Notes under the pieces: model-generated
The model's database searches: none
What the model saw: the letters and a program-made list of their open reading frames with translations, nothing else
What the model was told of the DNA's origin: nothing
Translations under genes and position numbers: made by a program
Assembly (NCBI GenBank): GCA_020137815.1
Contig: CM035352.1
Location: 9,238,001 to 9,302,000, forward strand
Origin: Hormiphora californensis
Lineage: Eukaryota > Animalia > Ctenophora
Direction: 5' to 3'
Length of the DNA: 64,000 bases
Shown here: positions 16,822-37,964 of the stretch, piece by piece
How positions within the stretch are numbered: position 1 is the stretch's first letter
Layout of the letters: every line of letters begins with the position of its first letter

Positions 16822-17520
16822 CTTTTATTGGTAGTTCTAGAAAGGGTAGGCCCATGATCAGCCACGTTTATGACCGGGATATCAACTGCCCAATTTTTAA
16901 TGACATATTACCTCCAGCATCATGCACTACGAATTTCTCTTCCGCTAAAAAATTTTCCTAATCGAATTCCCTACCCCTCCATTAATTTTTTGGGGCCCCC
17001 CCCTTTTCCTACACCCCCCTCCATTAGGCCCCCTTGTTCTTGTAGTCCCGTAGCTCCACACGTGGGGGGGGGGGGGGCTCCTGGGACAGGCCAAATTCCT
17101 TTCTCCCTCCCTTTAAAAGTGATCCCCCAGCATTGGGAGCGTGTGGTAACACCCCAAATAAACTATTTGTTTAGATGTGTTGAACTGCCCCCCCCCCCCC
17201 CCCCCCAAAGTGTGAATTGTTTCACCACATTTTTCAAATTAAGTTAATTGGGGGTGATATATCACACAGCGCTGACAAGGGCCACATCACACATTTCCCG
17301 CATATTTTCCCCAAAGGGTGTAAATACGAGTGTATTGTTTTTTGTCTTACATTGAGTTTTTTCCCGGCGTTATACCCCAATCAGTGCCACACTACTTCTA
17401 CACACACACACACACACACCAAACCCAGTATACCACAATCCTAACAGTGCCATGACCATCCCAACCCCGGTTCCAAAAAAAACCAGGGGGTCCCCTGGCA
17501 TTATTGGGGGGGGGGGGGAG
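14980..17520. other. Low-quality, homopolymer-inflated sequence
   Basis: Recognisable but corrupted reverse complement of 28150-32050; long C/G runs and CGCT-rich filler at ~16140-16390. Confidence 0.75.
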
Positions 17521-17549
17521 TAAATTTTTCTTTTAAAATAAAAGAGAGA

Positions 17550-18270
17550 GATACCACGTATCAAGCAGTTCGTTTCGAGCCGTCTAATTAAGCAACAGAA
17601 ACATCCGATAATCAATTTTTTCAAACCTTTCTATTTCTAATCAGAAATGAATCATGTAAATCATACATGAATACTGCATGAAAGTTAGATATGTTCTTAC
17701 CTTAATATACATTTTGGACAAAAATAGGTTTTTATGGCAATTGGCTCACCCTCCTCAAGACGATTTAGAAAGAAGGAGTGTACATAACACCCGATTTAGT
17801 GACAGAACTTTCTCTCGAGGATGGCCTCTAAACTAAATCGGGGGTACCGAACTTTTTAATTTTAAAGCTCAAGGATCGATCGAGATCGAATCGAAAATTT
17901 TTGATGCCCCAAAGATCGATCGAATCGCGAATCGATATTTCTTTGTATTACCCAAAGATCGCTCAAGATGCATTAATAACTAAAAATAATTAAAGACAGT
18001 AAATAGAGAAAAAACATCAGTTTTCCCAACGGTATTTTGAGTCAAAGATTCGTATCAAGAAAGTATCAAGATGGAGACAAAAAAAACATCAATTTTCGCC
18101 GGTATTTTTGAGCTCAAGATCGAATCGAGAATCAAATTGCTATTATTTGTTTTTGGATCGCCTGAAGTCGAATCGAATCGATCCACATGTTTTTGATGGC
18201 CCAAAGATCGAATCGTCGATGATTTTTTTCGAAAGAAGGCCCAAAGCTTGAATCGAGAATCGATGAATCT
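17550..18270. repeat. Degenerate copy of the right end of the 39895-44514 element, then an AAGATCGAATCG-based satellite
   Basis: 17550-17850 aligns by eye to ~44175-44510; 17865-18270 has recurring CAAGATCGAATCGA motifs. Confidence 0.6.
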
Positions 18271-19099
18271 CTCGCAGCCCCGTGCGAGTCACTAACCAAC
18301 CATCTGACTCAGAGTCTGTCACATATCACGTTGACTCTGTACAAACAATACTCTCGAGAGCCGCACGAATTTCTTCCATAATCACGTGGTAAAAATCAAA
18401 TATGGGTGCACACTTGGTGCACAACATTATGAAACAACCGTGCGCGTAAAACGACAAGAACTTTGAAGCTCATCACAACAGAGTGTCTGCTCCGCCTCAA
18501 AAAGGGTCGTTTCTTTTTTTTCAAGGGCTGGGCAAGAAGGGAGCTCAGACAGCTGCCGATCCACTGGACCGATTTTGCAAACAATCCGCGGTTTTGGGGT
18601 CCCAAAAGAAACTTTACAATGATCCTAATATAACTGGAAAACATACCGAGAAGTTTTGTCTGTCAACCGGAAGTGGGATCAAAATTGACCACTGGAAGTC
18701 AACACTATAATGATGGCTTTCCGGAGAGTTTCTGCACTACGCCCATGCGATTTAGTAAAGATATTTGGAGATTGTTGATACAATTAGCCATCAGCTCTAT
18801 TACGACCGGGGTATTTTCCAGTACTCACAAGGTTCAAAACCTACTTCTGATACACTCAAATATCATTCTACCCCGTCTTCCGCCTGTTCTGGGGAGTGGT
18901 GCAATAACGGCTACGGAAGCCAGATTCATAGTGATTTGACTTCATGTGTCAATTTTGACACCCTTCCTGTTGACAGACAAAGGCAAAAACTTCTCGGGTA
19001 GTTTTCCAGTAACCTAAGACCATTTGTTCTTTTTTTGCGAGCAAACCGAATGCAATCGGTTCAAGTGCTTCACGTGCAATTTGGCCTTGAAAGACACGA

Positions 19100-26677
<7,578 letters not shown>

Positions 26678-26869
26678 CTTGTCTCTCTAGTGTTCCTACG
26701 GAGGCCCCCTCCCCCCTATCTCTCTCCTAGCCTATCTCTCTGGAACAGAATTGTGCCCAATAGCCAATAGAACCCAATTAGCAAGCTCACGATGAGCGTC
26801 GTCATAATCCTGCCTGCTAGTACCTTTGCTCAACCGCCCCACACCATCACCAAAGATCGTTGCGCATGG

Positions 26870-27255
26870 TCGAGAGCAGAGAGAGCCAAGACTTGAGTGA
26901 CGAGATGCACAAGCATGAAGCACGAATCGACTGAAACAAGATGAGATGCATAGTGACGAGAATTGGAGAGAGATGCCCAGAGAGAGAAGATTGAGAGATG
27001 GGAGAGAGCAGATGAGATGAGAGAGATCCAGAGCACAGAACGAAGATTCAGAGATCGAGCCAGAGCAAAAGACGAGAAGACGAGGAGTTGAGAGATGAGA
27101 GGAATGAGAGAGAGATGAGACCCGGGAGAGATGAGAGAAGAGAGAGCGGGAGAGAGAGAGAGGAGATGCGAGAGGAGAGAGGAGAGAGAGAGATGAAGAG
27201 AGCAGAGAGAGAGAAGAGAGAGGAGAGGAGAGAGAGAGAGAGAGAGGAGAGAAAG

Positions 27256-27286
<31 letters not shown>

Positions 27287-27431
27287 TGAGAGAGAGAGAG
27301 AGCTGAGAGATAACATTAGAGAGAGAGAGCGAGAGAGAGACGGAGAGAGAGAGAGAGAGGAGATGACTAGGAGAAGAGAGAGGAGATGAGAGGAGAGAGA
27401 GAGAGATGAGAGAGACGAGAGAGAGAGAGAC

Positions 27432-27471
<40 letters not shown>

Positions 27472-27866
27472 TGAGAGAGAGAAGAGAGAGAGAAGAGAGA
27501 TGGAGAGAGCGAGAAGGAACAGACAGAGAGAATGAGAGTGAGAGAGAGAGGGAAAGAGAGAGAGAGAGAGATCGAGAGAGAGAGAGCGAGTGAGAGTGAG
27601 AGAGAGAGATAGTGAGAGAGAGATATGTGAGAGAGAGGAGATAGTGAGACGAGAGAGAGATGAGTGAGAGTGAGAAGAGAGCGATAGTGAGAGAGAGATA
27701 GTGAGAGATGAGAGAGAGACTATGCGAGAGAGAATGTGGAGAGAGAGAGAGAGAGAAGAGAGAGAGCGAGAGAGAGAGACGTGAGAGAGAGAGAGAGAGA
27801 GAAGGAGAGAGAGAGAGAGAGATAGAGAGGAGAGAGAAGTGAGAGTATGAGAGGAGAGGATGAGAG

Positions 27867-27901
<35 letters not shown>

Positions 27902-27940
27902 GGAGGAGAGAGGAGGAGACGAGAGAGGAGAGAGAGAGAG
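26870..27940. repeat. Degenerate (GA)n tract
   Basis: GA-rich low-complexity sequence with scattered interruptions. Confidence 0.85.
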
Positions 27941-28813
27941 TTGAAGCTGGGTAGGTATGTGTGACGATAATAACAGAGATTTTGACATTTAAAACCCTGT
28001 CAACGAAACTTTATCCCTCCAGCTTCCTCTTTTACTCTCTAATCTCTTCCTCTCTTCCTCTCTACAATACATCTACCTCCCTCTACAATACCTACATCTA
28101 CCTCGTTCTCTATCTTTTGCCGACACACAACGCAAATATCATGATGTACTGCAATAATGCAGACACTGTATAGACTATAGGATTGTGTGTACTAGGTGTG
28201 TGTGTGTGTAGAAGTAGTGTGGCACTGATTGGGCCTGGTATAACAGTGTAAACTAACAATGTACAGTACACAAACAATACACTTTGCATGTTACAGCCTA
28301 TAGGCAATATGATGAGGGAATGTGTGATGTGGCCCTTGTCAGCGCTGTGTGACATATCACACAATTAAACACTTGACAAATGTCTGTGGTGATACACAGT
28401 TCACACATTGGGGGGGGGCCAGTTCACACACTATCTAAACAAATAGTATATTTGTGTTGTGTACCACACGCTGCACAATGCTGAGTGAGGGATCACTTTT
28501 CAGAGTGGAGAAAGGAATTTGGCATGGTGCCAGGAGCCCCCCCCCCCCACGTGTGGAAGGACTACAATGATACAAGGGGAGCCTAATGGAGGGTGTAGGA
28601 AAATAAAATATAATGGAGGGGGGTGTAGGAATTCGATTATGGAATTTGTATTAGCGGAGAGGGAATTATTACTGCTAGTTGCATGATGTCTGCTGCAGGT
28701 AATATCGTTATTACAACTTGACACTGCAGTTAGATATATCCACGGTCATAAACGCGGCTGTATCACTATAAATGGAGCCTACCATTTACTAACAACTAAC
28801 ATATTCTCAGTAC

Positions 28814-31800
28814 CTTTGTTCAGAGCGAATAAAGTTGTCGATGGCCCCGTGCACATCTAGACTGATTGGTGGGGGTCGTCTCAACATCCCCTCGGTACTT
28901 CCCCTTCTTCTCCTAGCAGCTGCAGTACTGGGTCGTTGTAGAGACGAGTACATTCTGTTATTGCGAGGTGGCGGTCTGACCCTCTCTGTGGAGTGGGCCC
29001 GAGGGGTAGAGGACCGGGAGGTATTGGAATCCCTTCCCCTAGTGGGGGTTGATACTGTAATCTCATGGGTGGGCAGGGTGGTCTGAATGTAGCTGGGGTC
29101 TCTGGAAGTACTGGCAGAGGCTGCACCTGGGAGGGAGTAGGTTGTAATTTCCTGGTCAGTGGTCATACTGCACTTTCTTTGTACTGTCTCTCACTAACAT
29201 CTTCTCAGGGATCTCTATTATTTATTCTCCATTCAATTCAAAAATAGCATTTTCTCTATACCCTCTATCTCTTTCACTCTCTCCCTAGATCTTTCACTCT
29301 CTCCCTTTTCTTACCGACAGGACTGGATCTATATCTCTCCAATGTTCGTTTCTCTGTCGGGCTGGTCTCCCCTACAGAGTGATAGTCACTATCAACATCT
29401 GAACTACCACATTTCCCACCTCGGGCCTCCCCTGAAACAGATATTATTGAGATAATATGGAGAGACAATAAAGGGGATGGAGACACAATATTAAGATAAA
29501 GGGGATGAAGATACAATATTAAGATAAAGGGAATGAAGACACAATATTAAGATAAAGGGGATGAAGATACAATATTAAGATAAAGGGGATGGAGACACAA
29601 TATTAAGATAAAGGGGATGGAGACACAATATTAAGATAAAGGGAATGGAATTAATATGTCGTGATTACTGTTTAATAGCCCAACTGGTCATTCCGAAAAA
29701 TCAGATACAAACACATTAATGTGCCGCACTGTATATGAGTTACTCCAACCCTCCAGTTTCAATGCTTGTTTAACGAAGGAAGTAACCAAGCGATCCACTG
29801 GATTCGATATATCTAGGCGCATATCATATTCCCACAGTACTGATGTATTAGCACTATCTTTATATCGGATATCTCGAACAGCAACAGTCCTTGTGTTTAA
29901 ACAGGGTTCTTGCTTTCTAACCAGTTAGGCGTATTAAACATGTGCCCTGTTTAATACGCCTAACTGGTTAGAAAGCAAGAACCCTGTTTAAACACAAGGA
30001 CTGTTTGCTGTTCGAGATATCCGATATAAAGATAGTGCTAATACATCAGTACTGTGGGAATATGATATGCGCCTAGATATATCGAATCCAGTGGATCGCT
30101 TGGTTACTTCCTTCGTTAAACAAGCATTGAAACTGGAGGGTTGGAGTAACTCATATACAGTGCGGCACATTAATGTGTTTGTATCTGATTTTTCGGAATG
30201 ACCAGTTGGGCTATTAAACATAATACGACAATTTATTAATTCGTGATCCTCGGATCACGCACGAAATCTGATGGCACCCTCGTACCGGGGGGGGAAAGGT
30301 CGATTTATTTAATAACCGTTGTTCAGGCTTGATCAAATTTAGTGTGTGGGGATGGTTTGTGTGATTCCCTGCATAAGTGCTAAAACTACGGTTAAATTGT
30401 TCATTATATAAAAGGGGAATGGAACAAAATTAAGATAAAGGGAAAGGAACACAAAATTAAATAAAGGAATAAGATACAATATTAAGTTTAAAGGGGTTTT
30501 AAAGATAAAATTTTAAAAGATAAAGGGAATGGAATACAATATTGAAAAGGAAGGGGAACACAATTTTAAGATAAAGGGGAGGGGAGAAAACCAATATTAA
30601 GAAAAAGGGGGATGAAGTTCCCAATTTAAATAAGGGGATGAAGATACAATTTTAAGAAAAGGGGGAAAAAGTTCCAATTTAAGAAAAAGGGGATGAAATA
30701 AAATTAAGTTTAAAGGGGGATGAAGATAGAGTAAAATAAAGGGAAAGAAGACAAAATTTAAGAAAAAGGGGGGGTGGAATAAAAATTTTAAGATAAAGGG
30801 GGGGGAAAAAGAAAACAATATTAAGATAAAGGGAATGGAAACCATTTTAAGATAAAGGGAAGGGAAAATTTATATTTAAGAAAAAGGGGGATAGAATAAA
30901 ATTTAAGAAAGGGGGAATAAGATTGAGCGAAAATGGGTTGCCACACAACCTGTATCTTGCTTTGTATCCCGATGGGACAAAACGTTCTTTGTTAGCACTA
31001 CAAAACGAAGAGGGGGGGGGGGGGGGCACTGGGGTGGTTGTGGGGGGGGGGGGGGGGCACTGAGGGTTTTTGGGGGGGGGGGGGGGGGGGGGGGGGCACG
31101 GGAGGGGGGTTTGGGGGGGGGGGCCCCCTGGGGGGGGGGTTTTTTCTAAAGATATTAAAAGGGGGGTTGGGCTGGGGGGGGGGGTCCCGAAAAGGGATTA
31201 TTTGATTTTTCGGTTGAAAGAAGGGGTTTCCTTTCCAAACTTGGGGTGTGGACAGAATTGAAGAGAGGGACAGAAGGGGGAAAAAGGGGGGAGGGGAAAA
31301 GAAGAGAGGAGAGAGAAGAAAAGAAAAGGAGCAGAGGGGGGAGAGAGGGGAAAAGGAAGAAAGGCGAGGGAGAGGGGAAAAGATGGGGTTTTTTTTGGGG
31401 GGTGGGGGGGAAAAAAAAGGGTTTGGGGGAAGGGGGAAAGGGGAGGGGGGGGGAAAAGGGGAAGAGAGGGGGGCTAAAGAAGAAAGGAGAGGGGAAGGGG
31501 GGGGGGGCCCCCGGGGGGGTGGGGGGTGGGGGCGACTGTGGGGCGGGTGGGGGAGAGAGAAAATAAAAAGAAATTTGGGGGCCCTTCCCCCAAACCGTTG
31601 TTTTTAGTCCGTTTCCCCTTATTACCACCCAAAACTACTTGTCTCAGGGGACAAAACCGCGACCAAAACACACACACACACACAACTACCCCCCTTGCAC
31701 CCACTGTTCCCATTTTGCCCACGGTGCAGTTTATGCGGGGGAAATTCAGTAAACTACAAAAACAAAAAAGGAATTTATAGCTTTTCCCTTTATGGTGTAT

Positions 31801-32414
31801 GGTGAGGTATTATTATTATACGGGTGTGAAAAGGAAATTATTTATAGTCAAGGGGTTTTGTATTTTTTTTTTTTTTGGGTTAATGCCTTTAGAATTCTCC
31901 CCATGTTTTTGGGCTGGCCCTTTTTTCCCCTCCAAGGGGGGAAACAAAAACTCCTTTCTTCGGGGGATTAGTTGCACCCAATTAGCTGGGGGGGGGGGTA
32001 TGGTAAATCCGGAACATAACAATACAGCTCAGTGGGGCTGGTAAATCCGGAACAACACACGTGTATAACAGGATGTAGTACCTCTTTTTTCGAACCCAGG
32101 CGGAGGTGGTATGATGAGAGAGTGGAGGTATTCTTCAGTTAGTAGCTCTGTTTTACTGAAAATGGGGAGAGGATGTTATTAGCACTTTCCAACAAGATAC
32201 ACGCTTTACTAAGAGTAAAAAAGGGACAAAAGGTGAGTTGTTGATTAGCACCTCCTATCCAGATACACTGCAGGGGGGAGAGATACACAGGGTGCAGTGT
32301 GGCGAGACACAGGGGGGGGGGGGGGGGTTAGTGAATAGTGATACACATGGAGGTGGGGGGTGATATACACACTTACCTTGGCGGGGGCGGTACAACAAAC
32401 ACTGTTTCTGACAT
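28814..32414 (-). CDS. 5' exons of the DH/RhoGEF-like gene
   Basis: Exons 32414-32377, 32155-32082, ~31000-30950 (garbled), 29431-29315, 29126-28814. The last ends AIDNFIRSEQ+AG in phase 2 and joins the exon at 6293 to give AIDNFIRSEQRYISDIESL, a DH first-helix pattern. Confidence 0.65.
29460..30920. repeat. 28 bp intronic minisatellite interrupted by a palindrome
   Basis: AGATAAAGGGGATGGAGACACAATATTA units at 29460-29650 (clean) and ~30410-30920 (degenerate). Confidence 0.85.
29650..30240. mobile_element. ~590 bp near-perfect palindrome (foldback-like insertion)
   Basis: 29669-29940 is the reverse complement of 29948-30220 around the 7 nt spacer TGTGCCC; not seen in the homologous array at ~15770-15895. 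Confidence 0.75.
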
Positions 32415-33458
32415 GCTGCTGGGTATCTGTTAATTGGGAGAGTTGACACTTTACATAGCAACTTTATTTGTTTCAAGAAATAATTTCACAAAAGGTATTA
32501 AGAACGGTTGACGGGACCACGAAGAAACGGCATGGCAGTGGAATATTTGAGTTTTGGGCTTTGACCCGCATAATAGCACCTTCAACTGAATTGGAAAGTT
32601 ATAGGTCGTTCAAAGAGATAGAAAATGTCTCAAAAATTTTGAGCATTTTGTCGTCCCGAAAGGGTTAAACGTTTTGACCGTTTCAAAAACTATCTAACAT
32701 CTTATTCAGAGCCCAAACTTCAACCCTTCAAGTTATGTATTTATTCAGTTTAAAATGTATTGAATAAACTCAACATACACGCCTCTCTCAAAGCAGTGAA
32801 ATTACAAGTTAACAAGTATGAGGACCCCCAAAATTCAAAAATTTAACTTCAACACGAAGTTGTAACGTGGAATTTTTGGGGTCCTCATTTCATATCTATA
32901 GCTTAAAAGCCCATAATAAACTCCAAGTCAGCTACAAACTGGCCAGCGTTAAAATCTGGGTGTTTTGGGAGTGCTGACAAACGGTTTTTTAGGGTTAGGG
33001 CTAAAGTAGGGTTAGGGTAAGGAAAATGAAAATGAAAATGAACTTCAATATTTATATTAGAGTCATATAAGTGACTCGTCCCGCTCTCACACTACAGACA
33101 TATACAAATAAGTCATACATATCCTACAAGGCTGAGAGGCTTAGAGCTTCAGCAGTTACCTAAAGCGGGCTTGCGACTGAGATGGACAGTAGGCACGGAA
33201 ACAATGATCTAATAACTATCTGGATAGAAAACAATGGGTATATTTAACAGTAAAAATAACTAACTTAAGTTAATTAATTATTAAGTTAGAAATAGTTTAA
33301 TAAGTTAACTAACTATAACTTGCTCCTTCACACACACATGTCACACACACACACAAACACACACACACACACACATACACACACTTCGCTTTTCTTATCT
33401 TGTATGTTGCTCGTCTCACCTATCCTGCAAGATATAAATCTTCAACGGTCATCCTAAC

Positions 33459-34992
33459 ATGAATCAGGAAATTGCTCTAATTCTTGGCAGGCAAATGGCC
33501 GGTGCCCCCGCAAAGATAAAGAATATAATTAGTTCTTTCAAGCCGGACCTTACAATTGCTGCTATGTCCAAGATTTACAATTCCTCTCGATTTGAGTTGC
33601 CTGACCTTGAAGCTTGTGCCGAGTATCTCAAGATTCCTCTCGCCGACCCTAATGGTGACAAATTGTATACCAAAGCGAGCCTCTCCACTCGTGTCACCCT
33701 TGCCCTCAATGCCACTCTGCCCTGCATGTGCGGCGTTTGTAAAGCACAGTACACACCGATCGATGACCCCCCTTTTCCTTTGTTTCCGGTGTTTCAAGCC
33801 TTCACACAATTGCCCCGCCCTCTTGCAGCTGAAATTATCCCACCCTCCATCAGATCCTGCTCAGTCTGCCGGTTTGTTTTGGTTGTGTGACACATGCCAA
33901 GTTAAAACCTCCCTCATACCCCCAAGAAAACAGAAAACTCCCCATATATCATCTACACCTCCTGATATTCAAACCAGTGTTCCACCCGACATCACCTCTA
34001 CACCCCCTGAGGTTCCAAGCAGTGCAACACACGATAACACTGATATCACACCCGAGGAACAAGATAACACCCCGGTACCAGACCCGTCCGATCCCCTCTA
34101 CCAGCCCCCTCCACCAATCACAGCCGACCCTCTCAATGATGATGCTGTCCGCCGCATGTCTGAAGAGATAGCACGCATTAACAAACCACCCACCGAACTT
34201 TGTAGGCGTTACCAAGCAGGCAAATGCCCACATGGCAACTCAGGCCGTAAGGTGATTCGTGGCGAGTTATGTAAGTACCTACATCCAGTTAAATGTTGGA
34301 AGTTCATTAAACATGGTACTAGCCCCCCTAATGGGTGTGATAAAGGAGACCAGTGCAATCTTTTCCACCCCTTGGTATGTCACAGAAACCTTCAAGGTGA
34401 AGTTTGTCTGCCCTTTTCAGTGGATAGATCTCGCTGCACACTTGTACATAACCATATACAATTCAGTAACCCTGATGTGCAAGGGCCTGCCCACCTGGTA
34501 CGACCCCCCCGGCGACATCTTCTTGCATCTATCCAGCCCCATCCTGTCAATACAAATATGACAGCCCCCCTCCATATCCCCGGTGCTCCTGCTCCCACTC
34601 AAACACCTTCTGCACCCCATGTCCCTGCTGCACCTGTCCCACCCCAGGCTCCAGGTGCACTCGTTCCCTCCCAGACCCCTTGTGTATCTGCTACATCGGC
34701 CTCTGACCATTTTTTAGAGATACGAGCACTAAAGGAAGGAATGAGAGAGCTTATCCAGCAAGTCAAGGACCTCCAGGTCCGGGATCTACCGGCCCCCACC
34801 CCCCATGTGGTCCCTATCCCCCAACAGATACCCCCGCCCGCTCCACCAGTCCATACGACACATCCTTCGATGGGGCAGCCCCAAATACCACCCAACCCCT
34901 ACCTGCCCTACGCAGTACACCCCTACTCCTACCCATGGACCCCACAAGCACCCCACGTGTACCCCAACCATACTCATCCCTACTTCTACTAA
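33459..34992 (+). CDS. LINE ORF1 with PHD finger and three CCCH-like zinc fingers (one frameshift near 33770)
   Basis: CGVC..CFRC..H.C..WLCDTC (C4HC3) across the shift in a C/T run; CRRY..C..CKYLH, CWKF..C..CNLFH, CHRN..C..CTLVH; proline-rich tail. Confidence 0.8.
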
Positions 34993-37964
34993 ATGCACGG
35001 GGGATTAACCCATCTGCCCGCAGTGTTTCCAGATGGAAGGTTCCTGCACTGCAGACATTTTTGGAAGATGAGGCTTCCATGAATCACTCCCTTCCTTTTA
35101 TCTTCCTATCTGAAACCTGGCTGAAATCGTACATTTCTGATGCCCAGATTAACATCACTGGTTACACGGTGCATAGATCAGACAGAGGCCTACGGAATGG
35201 CGGTGGCGTCGCTCTATACTCGAGAATTGATCTCCCCGTATCATCTTCCCTAGCCTTTGATAACTCAGTATGCCAGGCAGTTGTTTGTAAATTTGACCAC
35301 GCCAAATGGTTAGTTGCATCTGTCTACCGCCCCCCTGATTCATCGGTATCTGAATTCTCCGAACTCATTGCCTTCCTGAGATCATGCCTAAATGATGTAG
35401 ACGATGACTATTCTCTGTTTATTGGTGGTGATCTAAACTTCCCGGATATTGACTGGAGTTCCAATTCGGAGAGAGGAAAAGGTTCAGACTCTTGTTCCTT
35501 ATTCTCGCTCATGGCTGATTTCTTTCTCAACCAAGTCATCCTCACCCCAACCAGGGGAAGTAATATCCTTGATGTACTCCTCACTAACCAACCTCTCCGA
35601 GTGGCCCAGGTGTCCACGGAGGCTACCAAAATGTCTGACCACCGCCTAATAGACATTGCACTTACCTCCCCACCCCTTACTACACCTGCCCACCATAGCC
35701 CTCCAGCTGCCCTTGGATTCCGAGCCCTTGACTTCTCTCGAGCAGATTGGACTGCGATCAAGCAAGATCTGATCTCCACTGACTGGTCCCTACTTCGAGA
35801 TGAAACCTCCTTCGTTGAGTTCCCGATCTCCCTGACCCACAAATTCCTCGAAATCTGTGAACTCCACACCCCAACCCGCCCAGCTCGCTCCGGTAAGCCC
35901 AAGATTCTGAACTGCCTTCGGCGACGCAAGAAGAAGCTAAGAACTAGGCTTGCTGCACTACATTCCCACCCCTCTCCAAATCCCGCTTCAATATCTGCTG
36001 CTACGGACCAACTTGCCTCCACAGAGTTCGAACTGGGTGAAGCCCTGAACAATCTAAGAGAGAAGAAGGAGAAGTCAGTGGTTAAAACTATGAAAACCAA
36101 CCCCAAGGCTTTTTATAGTTTCGCCAAACAGATGAACAAGCTCCAAACTGAGATTGGCCTTCTTTTCGATTCTAAAGGGAGCGCTGTTTCGGATCCCGCC
36201 TCAATAGCTGATCTTTTCCAGGACAAGTTTACCGAATCCTTTTCCGATCCATGTGCCCCGGGTCTTTCCATCAACGTTACCCCTCCCACCATCTCCACAC
36301 CATTCCCTGATCTCCTGTATACCGATATTCAAGGGGATCTCATTACTGCCCTAAAAGAACTCAATCCTACTTCCGGTTCTGGACCGGATGGTGTTCCAGC
36401 GGTATTCCTGAGAGAGTGTAGGACTGAGGTGGCTGTTCCCCTTGCACTACTATTGAGAGAGTCAGTCGAACTGCGCAAGGTACCAGACTACTATAAACGT
36501 GCGACTATCACTCCCCTCCACAAAAAGGGGTCCTCCTCCGATCCCAACAACTACCGCCCTATATCTATGACCTCTCATATCATGAAGTCCTTTGAAAGGG
36601 TAATGAGAAAGCACTTTGTGTCTTTCATAGAGGAGAACAATATCATCTCCGACAACCAACATGGTTTCCGAGCGGGTCACAGCTGTCTCACCCAGCTCCT
36701 GAGTCATATCGATGACGTCATCGAGGGTTTAATCGAGGGGTCTGCAACAGACACTATCTTCCTGGATTTCTCTCGTGCTTTCGACCGAGTCGACCACCGC
36801 CTCCTGCTTTCCAAAATGGAATCATACGGCTTCCCTACCCAGATCACTGACTGGATAGCCTCATTCCTGATTGGTCGTACCCAAACCGTTGCGGTCCAAG
36901 GCTCCCTCTCCCGTATTTCCCTTATTCTCAGCGGCGTCCCACAAGGCACCGTGCTTGCCCCTATCCTATTTCTTCTCTTTGTCAACGACCTAGAGGATGT
37001 CATCATGCACTCAGTGATACGGTTCTTTGCGGATGACACCCGTCTCTCCAAACACATCACCTCCTCGAGAGACGTATCTCTGCTCCAATCCGACTTGTCA
37101 GCTGCGATTTCTTGGGCCAAGCGCAACAACCTTCAGCTCCACGACAAGAAATTTGAACTGATTATCGCAGAGCCTACTAGTTCCTCACTGTCCCTCCTCA
37201 AGGAACTCCCGGAAACAGCCAGCCTCCGTCAGTACATGACTCCCTCTGGATACCTCGATGAGTCCTCAAGCGTAAGAGACCTTGGTACCCTAGTTTCCTG
37301 TGACCTCTCCTGGTCCAAACACATTGCTGCAATAGCCAATAGGGGCCGCTCCATGGCTAGCTGGGCTCTAAGTGTATTTGGCACCAGGGATAGAACCACG
37401 ATGCTGACCCTGTACAAATCTTTGGTCAGAAGTCACCTAGAGTATGCCTGCCCCCTGTGGGACCCTCACCTGGTCAGCGACATCAGGCTCCTCGAAGGTG
37501 TTCAAAGATCCTTCATTGCTAGGATCTCCAACTCTGGTGATAACTACTGGGACCGCCTCCAGAACCTGGGCCTCTCCTCTCTTCAGAGACGCCGTGAACG
37601 CTACTCCATCATCCTTATTTGGAAAACCCTGCACGGTCTAGTCCCCAACAACCTGGGCATCTCTTTTAGGCCCCCTAGCAGACTCGGGATCAGGGCCCTT
37701 GTTCCTGCCATTCCGGATACCAGAGGCCGGCGAGCGAAATCTCTCTTTGAAAATAGCTTTGCAGTGAGAGCACCTCGTCTCTGGAACACCCTCCCGGCAA
37801 CTGTAACTGAGGCCTACCCTCTCTCGGCCTTTAAGACGTCACTACAGCGTCATCTCGATACCATACCTGACCAGCCTCCCATTGCTGGCTATGGTAACTG
37901 TAACGACAACTCACTGCTCGATTGGGCGGTTTCCGGTGGTCCTGAGAAAGGGATGGCCTGCTAG
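34935..37964 (+). CDS. LINE ORF2: APE endonuclease + reverse transcriptase, intact 1009 aa
   Basis: LSETWL, SVYRPP, GDLN, LDV, SDH; NYRPIS, QHGFR, FLDFSRAFDRV, GVPQGTVL, FADD. Confidence 0.95.
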   Translation: MDPTSTPRVPQPYSSLLLLNARGINPSARSVSRWKVPALQTFLEDEASMNHSLPFIFLSETWLKSYISDAQINITGYTVHRSDRGLRNGGGVALYSRIDLPVSSSLAFDNSVCQAVVCKFDHAKWLVASVYRPPDSSVSEFSELIAFLRSCLNDVDDDYSLFIGGDLNFPDIDWSSNSERGKGSDSCSLFSLMADFFLNQVILTPTRGSNILDVLLTNQPLRVAQVSTEATKMSDHRLIDIALTSPPLTTPAHHSPPAALGFRALDFSRADWTAIKQDLISTDWSLLRDETSFVEFPISLTHKFLEICELHTPTRPARSGKPKILNCLRRRKKKLRTRLAALHSHPSPNPASISAATDQLASTEFELGEALNNLREKKEKSVVKTMKTNPKAFYSFAKQMNKLQTEIGLLFDSKGSAVSDPASIADLFQDKFTESFSDPCAPGLSINVTPPTISTPFPDLLYTDIQGDLITALKELNPTSGSGPDGVPAVFLRECRTEVAVPLALLLRESVELRKVPDYYKRATITPLHKKGSSSDPNNYRPISMTSHIMKSFERVMRKHFVSFIEENNIISDNQHGFRAGHSCLTQLLSHIDDVIEGLIEGSATDTIFLDFSRAFDRVDHRLLLSKMESYGFPTQITDWIASFLIGRTQTVAVQGSLSRISLILSGVPQGTVLAPILFLLFVNDLEDVIMHSVIRFFADDTRLSKHITSSRDVSLLQSDLSAAISWAKRNNLQLHDKKFELIIAEPTSSSLSLLKELPETASLRQYMTPSGYLDESSSVRDLGTLVSCDLSWSKHIAAIANRGRSMASWALSVFGTRDRTTMLTLYKSLVRSHLEYACPLWDPHLVSDIRLLEGVQRSFIARISNSGDNYWDRLQNLGLSSLQRRRERYSIILIWKTLHGLVPNNLGISFRPPSRLGIRALVPAIPDTRGRRAKSLFENSFAVRAPRLWNTLPATVTEAYPLSAFKTSLQRHLDTIPDQPPIAGYGNCNDNSLLDWAVSGGPEKGMAC

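Noticed and set aside
26732-27988. 418 aa Ser/Leu ORF and other SLSL/RERE ORFs
   Set aside because: Translations of (GA)n/(CT)n microsatellites.
32989-33020. Telomere or telomerase template suggested by TTAGGG repeats
   Set aside because: Short, degenerate and internal to a dispersed element.
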